From the NCBI GenBank assembly GCA_964440495.1, contig CAYTSD010000004.1:1-57816 (forward strand): 57,816 nt of DNA, given 5' to 3'. This document shows, piece by piece, positions 46,634 to 54,496 of this stretch. Origin of the DNA: an uncultured Nitrososphaeria archaeon (GTDB lineage: Archaea; Thermoproteota; Nitrososphaeria_A; Caldarchaeales; Wolframiiraptoraceae). The number at the start of each line of letters is the position of its first letter. The first letter of the stretch is position 1. The translations under genes were made by a program, and so were the position numbers. Below the pieces are notes generated by a model. That model made no database searches and was not told the DNA's origin. It saw nothing but the letters and a program-made list of their open reading frames with translations.

Positions 46634-47106
46634 AGGCTCTCACCGAAGAGCTCTCGGAGCGAGGCTGGTGTAAAGGTGTAGAGCCCCTCCCCCTGTTTCA
46701 CCACTAGGCCTGCTCTCCTAAGCTCGCTCAGCCTTGCCCGGACAACCCTCTCATTAAGCCCCGAGTAGGCTGCAACCTCCTTGGGTGTAAGGGTGTCTTT
46801 CTCGAGGAGGCCTAGAGCCTTCCCCACATAGACGGCGGCCAGGCAGAGGAGTATCTTACGCTTAGCGTCGAGCTCCTTGAGTACCGTCACTCTACCCTCC
46901 CTTATCTCAACCATGCCTGCAAGCCTCTCGGCAAGCTTCTGGACATCGATTGCGCCGACAAGCTTCTTCACCGCCTCTAGGGCTGGATAGAGTTGGGAGA
47001 GATACCTGTTGACGCTTGCCCAGACCTCTTGGTATCCTCCCTCAAACTCTGCCTCCGTCCCTCCATGCCTTATAGTGATCTTGAGAGGTTCTCCGCTCAT
47101 CTTCAC
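46630..47106 (-). CDS. small winged-helix protein, paralog family member 3 (unknown function)
   Basis: PLKITIRHGGTEAEFEGGYQEVWASVNRYLSQL N-terminal motif. C-terminal wHTH LTPKEVAAYSGLNERVVRARLSELRRAGLVVKQGEGLYTFT. ATGA overlaps on both sides. Confidence 0.55.
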   Translation of the reverse strand: MKMSGEPLKITIRHGGTEAEFEGGYQEVWASVNRYLSQLYPALEAVKKLVGAIDVQKLAERLAGMVEIREGRVTVLKELDAKRKILLCLAAVYVGKALGLLEKDTLTPKEVAAYSGLNERVVRARLSELRRAGLVVKQGEGLYTFTPASLRELFGESL

Positions 47107-47552
47107 GCCTCCCTGAACCCGTTCTCAACGAACCTAATTCCCTTCCGCAGAATCCTGAAGACTTTCTTCCCGTTGACTCTACCCGCATCCTCGAACAGCC
47201 TATCTCTGACAAGGTCTCCTACAACGTCTCTAGGGTTGCTTGGGGTCGGCCACCTCGCTTTCCGATAGTATTCCTCGAAGTCGTCGTAGCCTACGTTTCT
47301 ACCCTCCCATTTATAAAGGTAGTAGGCTATAGTTAGGAACCGCTGTGGATGAGATTTTGGGTCAAGCCTGTCCGCGAACTCTATGAAGGAGGGCTTCTCC
47401 CCGGCTTCTCCTCTGCCTCCCTCCATGGCTGAAAGCCTCTCCAACATGGCTTCAAGCCAGCTTAGGTCGCTTAGCTTCGCCTCAACAAACTCTCTGTCAC
47501 CCTCAACCTCGACCTCAACGCCATTCGATAACACTCTAACCCTGTATGACAT
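47103..47552 (-). CDS. small protein, paralog family member 4 (divergent; unknown function)
   Basis: YRVRVLSNGVEVEVEGDREFVEAKLSDLSWLEAML N-terminal motif. The C-terminal half (FLTIAYYLYKWEG...DVVGDLVRDRLFEDAGRVNGKKVFRILRKG) is wHTH-like but divergent. First gene of the three-gene minus-strand operon. Confidence 0.45.
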   Translation of the reverse strand: MSYRVRVLSNGVEVEVEGDREFVEAKLSDLSWLEAMLERLSAMEGGRGEAGEKPSFIEFADRLDPKSHPQRFLTIAYYLYKWEGRNVGYDDFEEYYRKARWPTPSNPRDVVGDLVRDRLFEDAGRVNGKKVFRILRKGIRFVENGFREA

Positions 47553-47587
47553 GTGTGCGCTCCCGCCTGATTTAGGCTAGGAGATTG

Positions 47588-47595
47588 TTATAAGC
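47588..47595 (-). promoter_or_regulatory. TATA box of the three-gene paralog operon (putative)
   Basis: Minus-strand CTTATAAC lies about 36 nt upstream of ATG 47552. Confidence 0.35.
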
Positions 47596-47677
47596 CTTCC
47601 ACAGGGGATTGAAAGTGGGAAAATGGCTTAGGCTTCGGGTTTAGGGCACTCTAAGAGCACTGAAATTAGGTGGGCGG

Positions 47678-49588
47678 CTAATCGGAGGTTTGGCCAGAGC
47701 TGAGATGCTTCTTAACAAGGCTGTAGAGCCTCGCTCCGTCAACCTTCCCACGATACTCCTTCATAAGCTCCCCCATAATCACCGAAGCCGCCTTACCGGG
47801 ATTCCTTTTCACAAGTTCTCCATGCTTCCTGAGAAGAGCGGTAACCCGAGCCTCAACATCCTCCATCCTCACAGGCCTGAGGCCTAGAGCCTCAACCGCC
47901 TCTTCAACGGTCTTCTCAGGATTCTCAGCCAGCCAAGTAAACAGTTTCTCGGCAGCCTCCTTCGCGAGCTCTCCCCGTCCCACCAGCCTGAAAAACCCTA
48001 GGAGGTGTTGATCACTTATCCTCTCAACCTTAACGCCCTCTCTTCGGAGGCTTTTCAGGAGCTCCGTGAGGGTTGAGGCCACAACGCTTGCGGCTACACC
48101 TGTCTCCCCGACAATCCGCTCAAACAGCTCAACGCGCTCGGAGTCTATCAGCTCGTCGGCAATCTGCCTACTAAGCCCATACTTCTCAGCAAGCCTCCCA
48201 GCAACCTCGTCTAGAGTTGGTGGAAGCCTCCTCCTAAGCTCCTCCAAGTAGCTCTCGGAGACAGGGTAAGGCGGGAGATCGGTCTCAGGATACATCCTTG
48301 CGGCTCCAGGTCTAGGTCTTAGGTAGACTGTTGTCCCGTCTGGGCGTGCGCCACGTGTCTCGGATGGGACTCCGCGTAGAGCCTCGGCCGCCCGCTCCCT
48401 CACATACTCCAACGCTTCTCTAGCCCTCTGCTCCTCGTCTGCGACAAAGACTACTGCGTCCTCCTCACCAGCCTCCATCTCACGTCTCAATGCCATAACC
48501 TCCTCAGCGCTGATTCCATAGCCTGGAAGCTCGTCGGTGTGGAAGATTCCCTGAACCTCGGCCCATGCACGCGCCCTTCCCGCAAACTCTGCGCCAAGCC
48601 TGACCCCTGGAGCCGCCTCCAGACCTACTAGGCCTCCGAAGCCTGGGAGCTTGAGGGCTATAACCCTCCCCCCAGCCTTGAGACCCCTCTTCAACACCTT
48701 CGACCCAGTCTTCTCGAATAGGTGTGTAACATCCTTGACTTGGGCTGAGGTTACATCTTCTTCGCTTACCCCACGTTTCCTGAGCTCGTCTCTTATTTTT
48801 AGGAGGTGGAGTTGGCGCTTAACCTCTAGTTCAACAACCTTTGGGAGTAGGCCTAGCTCTTGGACACCCTTAATCTCAACCAGTGCTCCATCCCTAATCG
48901 AGATGTTCAGGTCTTGTCTGACGGTTCCTATTCCTCTCTTCACCTTTCCCGTGGCGCGGAGCAGCCTCCCGATAGCGTAGGCGACCTCAAGCGTCTCCCT
49001 GGGAGAGTTTATCGCAGGGGCTGTCGAGACCTCTATTAGGGGGACTCCAAGCCTGCTTAAGTCGTAGTGAACCTCGTGAGGTTTATGCTCAAGTATTCTA
49101 GCCGCGTCCTCCTCCAAGGTTATCGTCTGTATAGGGATGGTCTTTCCATGAACCTCTATCCTCCCGCCTAGAGCAACTACGCATGTGCGTTGGAAGCCTG
49201 TGGTGTTGGAGCCGTCGATAACTATCTTCCTCATAACGTGTATCTCGTCGACCGGTGTAGCGTTCATTAGGAGGGCTATGGTTAAGGCGACCTCCACTGC
49301 TTCTCTGTTTAGGTCGTGAGGCGGCTCCTCATCCATCTCAACCAGGCAGGTTGACGCAGTGTTTGCGTGATAGACTATCTTCTTACGTTTCTTTGCCTCG
49401 AAGATTGCGGCTGGGTCTACTTCACCTAGCTCGCTCTGGGCTTCCCTAAGCCACCTAACGAATCTAATCTCCCTCCCATCTGTCCTAGAGTCGGTTGGGC
49501 AGTCGCAGAAGAGCTTAGACTTTGTGTCGAGTTGGCGGTGGATTTCGAGGCCTACCTTCAGCCCAAGCTTCTGGTAGTCGAGGGTCAC
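47678..49588 (-). CDS. gatE: Glu-tRNA(Gln) amidotransferase subunit E
   Basis: GLKVGLEIHRQL N-terminus, GatB/E core, and a C-terminal YqeY-like tail. 4-nt overlap with gatD. Confidence 0.9.
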   Translation of the reverse strand: MTLDYQKLGLKVGLEIHRQLDTKSKLFCDCPTDSRTDGREIRFVRWLREAQSELGEVDPAAIFEAKKRKKIVYHANTASTCLVEMDEEPPHDLNREAVEVALTIALLMNATPVDEIHVMRKIVIDGSNTTGFQRTCVVALGGRIEVHGKTIPIQTITLEEDAARILEHKPHEVHYDLSRLGVPLIEVSTAPAINSPRETLEVAYAIGRLLRATGKVKRGIGTVRQDLNISIRDGALVEIKGVQELGLLPKVVELEVKRQLHLLKIRDELRKRGVSEEDVTSAQVKDVTHLFEKTGSKVLKRGLKAGGRVIALKLPGFGGLVGLEAAPGVRLGAEFAGRARAWAEVQGIFHTDELPGYGISAEEVMALRREMEAGEEDAVVFVADEEQRAREALEYVRERAAEALRGVPSETRGARPDGTTVYLRPRPGAARMYPETDLPPYPVSESYLEELRRRLPPTLDEVAGRLAEKYGLSRQIADELIDSERVELFERIVGETGVAASVVASTLTELLKSLRREGVKVERISDQHLLGFFRLVGRGELAKEAAEKLFTWLAENPEKTVEEAVEALGLRPVRMEDVEARVTALLRKHGELVKRNPGKAASVIMGELMKEYRGKVDGARLYSLVKKHLSSGQTSD

Positions 49589-50931
49589 AGCGCCTCAGCC
49601 TCCATTCTAGGCATATTCCTCCCACCAATCTCACCTGCAATCGGCGTGAGCATGAGACGCTTAACCTCATCTGGGTCGCTTGTCTGGGCGAGAGCCCACG
49701 AGAGCTTGACGTAGGCTGTCTCTGGAAGCATGTTGTCGAGAGGCGTTACACCCGCTTTCAAGAGGTCTCGGCCGTTGTCATAGACCCTCATATTCACCCT
49801 ACCCCAGATGCACTGGGATGTCATCCCAACGAAGACCCCCCTCTCCACAAGCCTTCTCACAACTGGTATGAGCCTTGAAGCGACGTGCCCAAGCCCTGTC
49901 CCCTCTAGGATTACTCCCCTAACATGCTTCTCCGTGACTGCCTCAAGAATCTCTGGAGGCATTCCAGGATAGAATTTCACCAGGGCTGCTTCATCGGAGA
50001 ATCCGGGTTTGAAGGTGTAGCCGTCTCCTCCACGTGGGTTCAACCCCTCCTCCCTAACCCGTATATCACCCATCTCGACATAGGCTATCGGACTGGCGTT
50101 CACAGACTGGAAGGCATCCCTACTGCTCGTATGGAGCTTCCTAACCCTCGTCCCCCTATGGACAGCTATCAGGGTATCCGAGTGCCATGCATGCATCGTT
50201 ACACAGACCTCGGCGAATGGGGCGTGGCCTGCAACCTTCACAGCGGCTATCAGATTCGTCGCCGCATCGCTTGAAGGCCTATCGGAGGAGCGTTGAGCGC
50301 CTACGAAGACCACTGGAACCGGGGGCTTTTGGAGGGCGAAGCTCAGGGCTGCGGCCGAGTATCCCATGGTGTCGGTTCCATGCGCTATTACGACGCCGTC
50401 AACCCCTTTTCTTATCAGCTCATCGGCCCTCACAGCCATCTCGTTCCAATGGCTTGGCGTAAGGTTCTCGCTGAAGATTGAGAAGAGTATCTCTGCGTCG
50501 AGGGCAGCTATCTCGGCGAGCTCAGGCACGATTGAGAGGAGGTCCTCGGCTGTGAGAGCAGGCCTAACACCCCCAGTCCTATAATCTATTCTACTCGCTA
50601 TCGTCCCACCCGTACTCATTATCGTTACCTTTGGTAGGCCTGGTCTTGACGGAGGTCTTGGAGGTGGGACGAACCTTGGCTTCACGGCCTCAGCGACCCG
50701 TCTAACCTTTACATCTCCATGAACCCTTATCCCGAGATTGTAGCCATTTGGAAGCTTTAGGACTATGTAGTCTGGCTCGGCGAGCTCGTAGCGTGCCATC
50801 AGAATCCCTCTATAGATGCGGCCATCGACCTCAACCTCGACCTCGTCGCCGACGCTTACACCAGAGGACTCCAGAACCACCCTAATTCTCCCAACGTATC
50901 CCTGAAGCCTCTCATCTCCAGACATTTCCAA
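49585..50931 (-). CDS. gatD: Glu-tRNA(Gln) amidotransferase subunit D (asparaginase-like)
   Basis: STGGTIASRIDYRTGG and HGTDTMGYSAA asparaginase motifs. Archaea-specific partner of GatE. Confidence 0.9.
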   Translation of the reverse strand: MEMSGDERLQGYVGRIRVVLESSGVSVGDEVEVEVDGRIYRGILMARYELAEPDYIVLKLPNGYNLGIRVHGDVKVRRVAEAVKPRFVPPPRPPSRPGLPKVTIMSTGGTIASRIDYRTGGVRPALTAEDLLSIVPELAEIAALDAEILFSIFSENLTPSHWNEMAVRADELIRKGVDGVVIAHGTDTMGYSAAALSFALQKPPVPVVFVGAQRSSDRPSSDAATNLIAAVKVAGHAPFAEVCVTMHAWHSDTLIAVHRGTRVRKLHTSSRDAFQSVNASPIAYVEMGDIRVREEGLNPRGGDGYTFKPGFSDEAALVKFYPGMPPEILEAVTEKHVRGVILEGTGLGHVASRLIPVVRRLVERGVFVGMTSQCIWGRVNMRVYDNGRDLLKAGVTPLDNMLPETAYVKLSWALAQTSDPDEVKRLMLTPIAGEIGGRNMPRMEAEAL

Positions 50932-51004
50932 CGCTTACTCTAGAAACCTGATAATTAGGGTTATGGAAGATTTTTAAGAGAGAATCAGACTCAATACACT
51001 CAAC

Positions 51005-52204
51005 ATGAACCCCTTCAAGGTTCCAAAGCGTATTGAGGAGCTGAAAGCTGAAGCAGTCTTCAACGTGTTGTTAAGGGCCTTGGCGGCTGAAGCCTCTGGG
51101 AAGAAGATTGTTCACCTCGAGATAGGGGAACCCGACTTCGACACACCTCAACACATTAAGGAGGCGGCCTACGAGGCCTTGAAGCAAGGGAAGACCCATT
51201 ACACTCCAACCCTCGGGATACCTGAGCTGAGGAAAGCTATAGCTGAAAGCGTTCAACGAGACTACGGTGTAGAGATAAGCTGGGAGAAGAATGTGGCCGT
51301 CACAACAGGATGCAAGCAGGCAATCTTCGCGGCAACGCTAGCGATTGTAGAAGAGGGAGATGAGGTAATCTACCCTAATCCAGGGTACCCAGCCTACGAG
51401 TCGGCAGCCTTCCTCGCCGGAGGAAAACCCATACCCTACAGAGTTACAATAGAGGATAACTATAGAATGATTCCTGAGAAGCTTGCCGAGCTGATAACCC
51501 CTAAGACGAAGCTCGTATTCATCAACTCACCCAACAATCCATGTGGAACAGTCATGAGCGAGGAAGATGTAAGAGGTATAGTTGAGCTCTCCGAGGACCA
51601 TGGATTCTTCATAATCTCCGACGAAGTCTACAGACCGATACTATTCGATGGGTTAAAGCATTTCTCCCCGCTTAACGTTAAGGGAGAACTGGATAGAATA
51701 ATAATTGTCGATGGATTCTCTAAGCGCTATGCAATGACTGGGTGGAGGCTTGGATACCTACTCGCCCCCGAAGAAGTCCTACCATACATCTTCAAAATCC
51801 TAAACGTGTCAACCTCCTGTCCAGTAGCATTCAACCAATATGCTGGGATAGCTGCTCTGAGGGGACCTCAGGAACCAAGCATTATGATGGCGCGGGAATA
51901 TGAGAGGAGGCGGGATGTAATCCTTGAAGAGCTTTCGAAGATAGAGGGTATTAGATTCGCTAGGCCGACTGGAGCGTTCTACGCCTTCGTCGATATAAGT
52001 AGGGTTTTAGATAAGCTTGGAATAGGTTCCGAGGAGTTTGTGCTCAGGCTTATCGACAATTACGGTGTCTCGCTTCTACACGGCTCAGCGTTAGGAAGCT
52101 ACGGGGAGGGATACATCAGGATAAGCTTCGCAAACTCTGAAGAGAATCTCAGAGAAGGGATTAGAAGACTTAAGAAAGCTGTTGACGACGCCCTCAAATC
52201 TTAA
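51005..52204 (+). CDS. aspartate/aromatic aminotransferase (class I PLP enzyme)
   Basis: NSPNNPCGTV and the PLP-lysine motif GFSKRYAMTGWRLGY. Confidence 0.85.
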   Translation: MNPFKVPKRIEELKAEAVFNVLLRALAAEASGKKIVHLEIGEPDFDTPQHIKEAAYEALKQGKTHYTPTLGIPELRKAIAESVQRDYGVEISWEKNVAVTTGCKQAIFAATLAIVEEGDEVIYPNPGYPAYESAAFLAGGKPIPYRVTIEDNYRMIPEKLAELITPKTKLVFINSPNNPCGTVMSEEDVRGIVELSEDHGFFIISDEVYRPILFDGLKHFSPLNVKGELDRIIIVDGFSKRYAMTGWRLGYLLAPEEVLPYIFKILNVSTSCPVAFNQYAGIAALRGPQEPSIMMAREYERRRDVILEELSKIEGIRFARPTGAFYAFVDISRVLDKLGIGSEEFVLRLIDNYGVSLLHGSALGSYGEGYIRISFANSEENLREGIRRLKKAVDDALKS

Positions 52205-52880
52205 CGCCCTCAAACAAGACTATCCTCCACCTAGGTCTTCCATGCTGGTCGTAGAAATAATCCGCGTTAGGCAGCTTCTTTAAGTAGTCTCTTAAGCGGA
52301 GAAGGGTTGAGCCGAATGGATATGTAGTGTAGTCGAGAACTCTTACCTTAAACCCTGTCTCTCTCATTAAGCGGAGGGTTTCACCTATCCCGACGAGGGA
52401 GACCGCTGGAACAATCAATTTACCGCCATCTCTTAGATGATGCGCCGCATTCTTTATCACAGGGTCTAGGACGGCTCTTCCATCAATCCCTCCCCAAGTA
52501 TATCTCGGAAGAGGGTTTGGTGAGGGGGTCATAGGAGGGTTAGAGATTATTACGTCAAATCTCTCCCCTCTCTGAATAGGGTTATAGAGGCTTCCAAGCC
52601 TGAGCTCAACGTTGGAGATATTGTTAAGCCTTAGGTTGGCCTCTGCTGTTCTGAGGACACGTCTCGATACATCTGTCGCGACAACATGTGAAGCTCCCAG
52701 CTTCGAGGACAGGATAGCCAGCACCCCTGAACCTGTCCCCAGGTCAAGGACGTTTAACCCCTCCATCTCGGGGAGATTCTCGGCGATAAGCCTAGTCGCT
52801 GTCGATGGCTTATAGACTCTTGAAACCTGTAGAAGCTTAATCTCTATCCCCTTTACTTTAAAGATTTTGATAGGTTTCAT
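52194..52880 (-). CDS. class I SAM-dependent methyltransferase with NPPM motif (HemK/Mtq2/RsmC-like amino-methyltransferase)
   Basis: Motif I VLDLGTGSGVLAI and motif IV IISNPPMTP. ATGA overlap with the upstream kinase-fold gene. Confidence 0.65.
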   Translation of the reverse strand: MKPIKIFKVKGIEIKLLQVSRVYKPSTATRLIAENLPEMEGLNVLDLGTGSGVLAILSSKLGASHVVATDVSRRVLRTAEANLRLNNISNVELRLGSLYNPIQRGERFDVIISNPPMTPSPNPLPRYTWGGIDGRAVLDPVIKNAAHHLRDGGKLIVPAVSLVGIGETLRLMRETGFKVRVLDYTTYPFGSTLLRLRDYLKKLPNADYFYDQHGRPRWRIVLFEGVKI

Positions 52881-54490
52881 AGTGTTTCGAGAACCTTTCT
52901 AACACCTTTCTCGACCCTTCTCTGAATCCATATCGGAGTCCACGGCGTGAGGAGCCTGCTATACTTCTGCTTCAACGCTCCTTCAACCACATCTCTCTCA
53001 CCCTTCTCAAGATACCCTTTAACGGTTTCCGAGGCAAATCTCTCAGCATTGTCTCCGTCAAGGTAATGAGCTGTATAGAATAGGAGTTCAGCTATATCCC
53101 AATCCCGAAGCCCGCCGAAGGAACACTGCTCCAAATCTATCAAATATACCTCCCCATCTTTTGTGAAGAGGAAGCTATGAGGGTTGCAGTCACCCATCGT
53201 GATGTCTTTGCTGTGAAGCTCGGCCAGTATTCTGCCCATTGTGCGTGAAACCTCTATGAATCTCTCGGTTCCCAAACCTTTTAGAAGCGAGCGCACCCCA
53301 TCGAGGCCATTTATGTATCTCTGGGCGATAATCTTCTTAGGCCAACTAACGTGGAGGATCTCAGCGGTATTGAATCCAAGTTCAGCTAACTTGTTTACAA
53401 AGAATATCTCATTACCCATGCGTGTGGATGCTAGAACTGAGAAGTTCTTGACGCCTAGAGCCCATAGCCATGCTATAACCCACTTAAAGTCGGTCCAGTT
53501 GAGAAACTTCTTCATAAAAATTCTCTCTTCCCCGCCATTTGTTTTGAATGACGCTACGTAGGCCGAGTTTAAGACCCCTCCAATCCTCTTGACTTTAACC
53601 TTTGAAGCGTTGATGCCGTAAACTTTCTCAACGAGCTCCCTTATTCCGAGTTTCTCCATGAGGGGCTGGAGGCCGAGTGAGGTCTGGATATAGAGCATCC
53701 GACTTGGGTCGGGAAGCCTAGGTGGAATCAGGGTTTTAAAATTGAATTCAACGTTTCTAAGGAAGTCGAGTGAAGAGGCCTGGCCTGAGGTTAGATATAG
53801 TCTGAAGGCGTGTTCAAGTTCATCTGATAGTCTCTGGTAGACTGTTGAGCTTGAGAGAACCTCTTCGACGAAGCTTGGTGTGGGCGAGTATCCTTCCCCC
53901 ACATCTGTTAAGATTCCCTCCTCAACGAGTTTAGTTATAGCTCTCTCGAATCCCTTGATACTCATCTTGACAGCCTTTGAAGTCCAGGTCGAGGTGAATA
54001 CGGCTCTTATGAGGGGTCTTGAGGGAGGGTAGGTTACTGAGAGCCTACGGAGCTTCTCATAGAGGAAGTATTCGGGTTTGATTACGACCCTGCTTGAGGC
54101 AAGCTGGTGCTCGAGAATCAGGTTTCGGAGAGACTCAACTATGATGTGTCTCTTATATTCTTCCTCCATGCCGTGGAGTTTTTCACCGTTTATCATGGAT
54201 AGATAGGGGAAGAGGAAGAGGTGGGCGGCAACCCCTCCATATACTTCATCAGAGCTGTCTTTAGCGAGACTCTCTCCGCCGATTATGACGCTGTAGCTAA
54301 GGTTTGGGAGAACACGTTTCCGTTTAATCTTCAAGGCATTATTTTCCTTCAAGACTATGAGGAGGCTCATTATACCTGAGTCAGGGTTCTTGGTTATCGC
54401 TGGGACACCGTGGATGCTTAGGGCTTCAACCTCTCCTCTAACCCCTAGAGACACAGCAACCTCATCCAGATTCATAGACCCTATCCTCAA
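52877..54490 (-). CDS. protein with C-terminal kinase-like fold (RIO/Bud32/APH-ChoK-like) and N-terminal domain of unknown function
   Basis: ILAELHSKDITMGDCNPHSFLFTKDGEVYLIDLEQCSFG resembles the catalytic-loop plus metal-binding (IDxxQ) segments of atypical kinases. The canonical HGDxxxxN is degenerate. The first 330 aa or so are unassigned. Confidence 0.4.
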   Translation of the reverse strand: MRIGSMNLDEVAVSLGVRGEVEALSIHGVPAITKNPDSGIMSLLIVLKENNALKIKRKRVLPNLSYSVIIGGESLAKDSSDEVYGGVAAHLFLFPYLSMINGEKLHGMEEEYKRHIIVESLRNLILEHQLASSRVVIKPEYFLYEKLRRLSVTYPPSRPLIRAVFTSTWTSKAVKMSIKGFERAITKLVEEGILTDVGEGYSPTPSFVEEVLSSSTVYQRLSDELEHAFRLYLTSGQASSLDFLRNVEFNFKTLIPPRLPDPSRMLYIQTSLGLQPLMEKLGIRELVEKVYGINASKVKVKRIGGVLNSAYVASFKTNGGEERIFMKKFLNWTDFKWVIAWLWALGVKNFSVLASTRMGNEIFFVNKLAELGFNTAEILHVSWPKKIIAQRYINGLDGVRSLLKGLGTERFIEVSRTMGRILAELHSKDITMGDCNPHSFLFTKDGEVYLIDLEQCSFGGLRDWDIAELLFYTAHYLDGDNAERFASETVKGYLEKGERDVVEGALKQKYSRLLTPWTPIWIQRRVEKGVRKVLETL

Positions 54491-54496
54491 CCCAAG

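Noticed and set aside
43157-47552. Impression that the NurA/HerA/wHTH block is GC-richer than the surrounding DNA and therefore horizontally acquired.
   Set aside because: The adjacent housekeeping gatE/gatD genes look similarly GC-rich by eye, and I cannot compute composition or codon statistics here. No integrase, tRNA target or flanking direct repeats are visible, so an island claim is unsupported.
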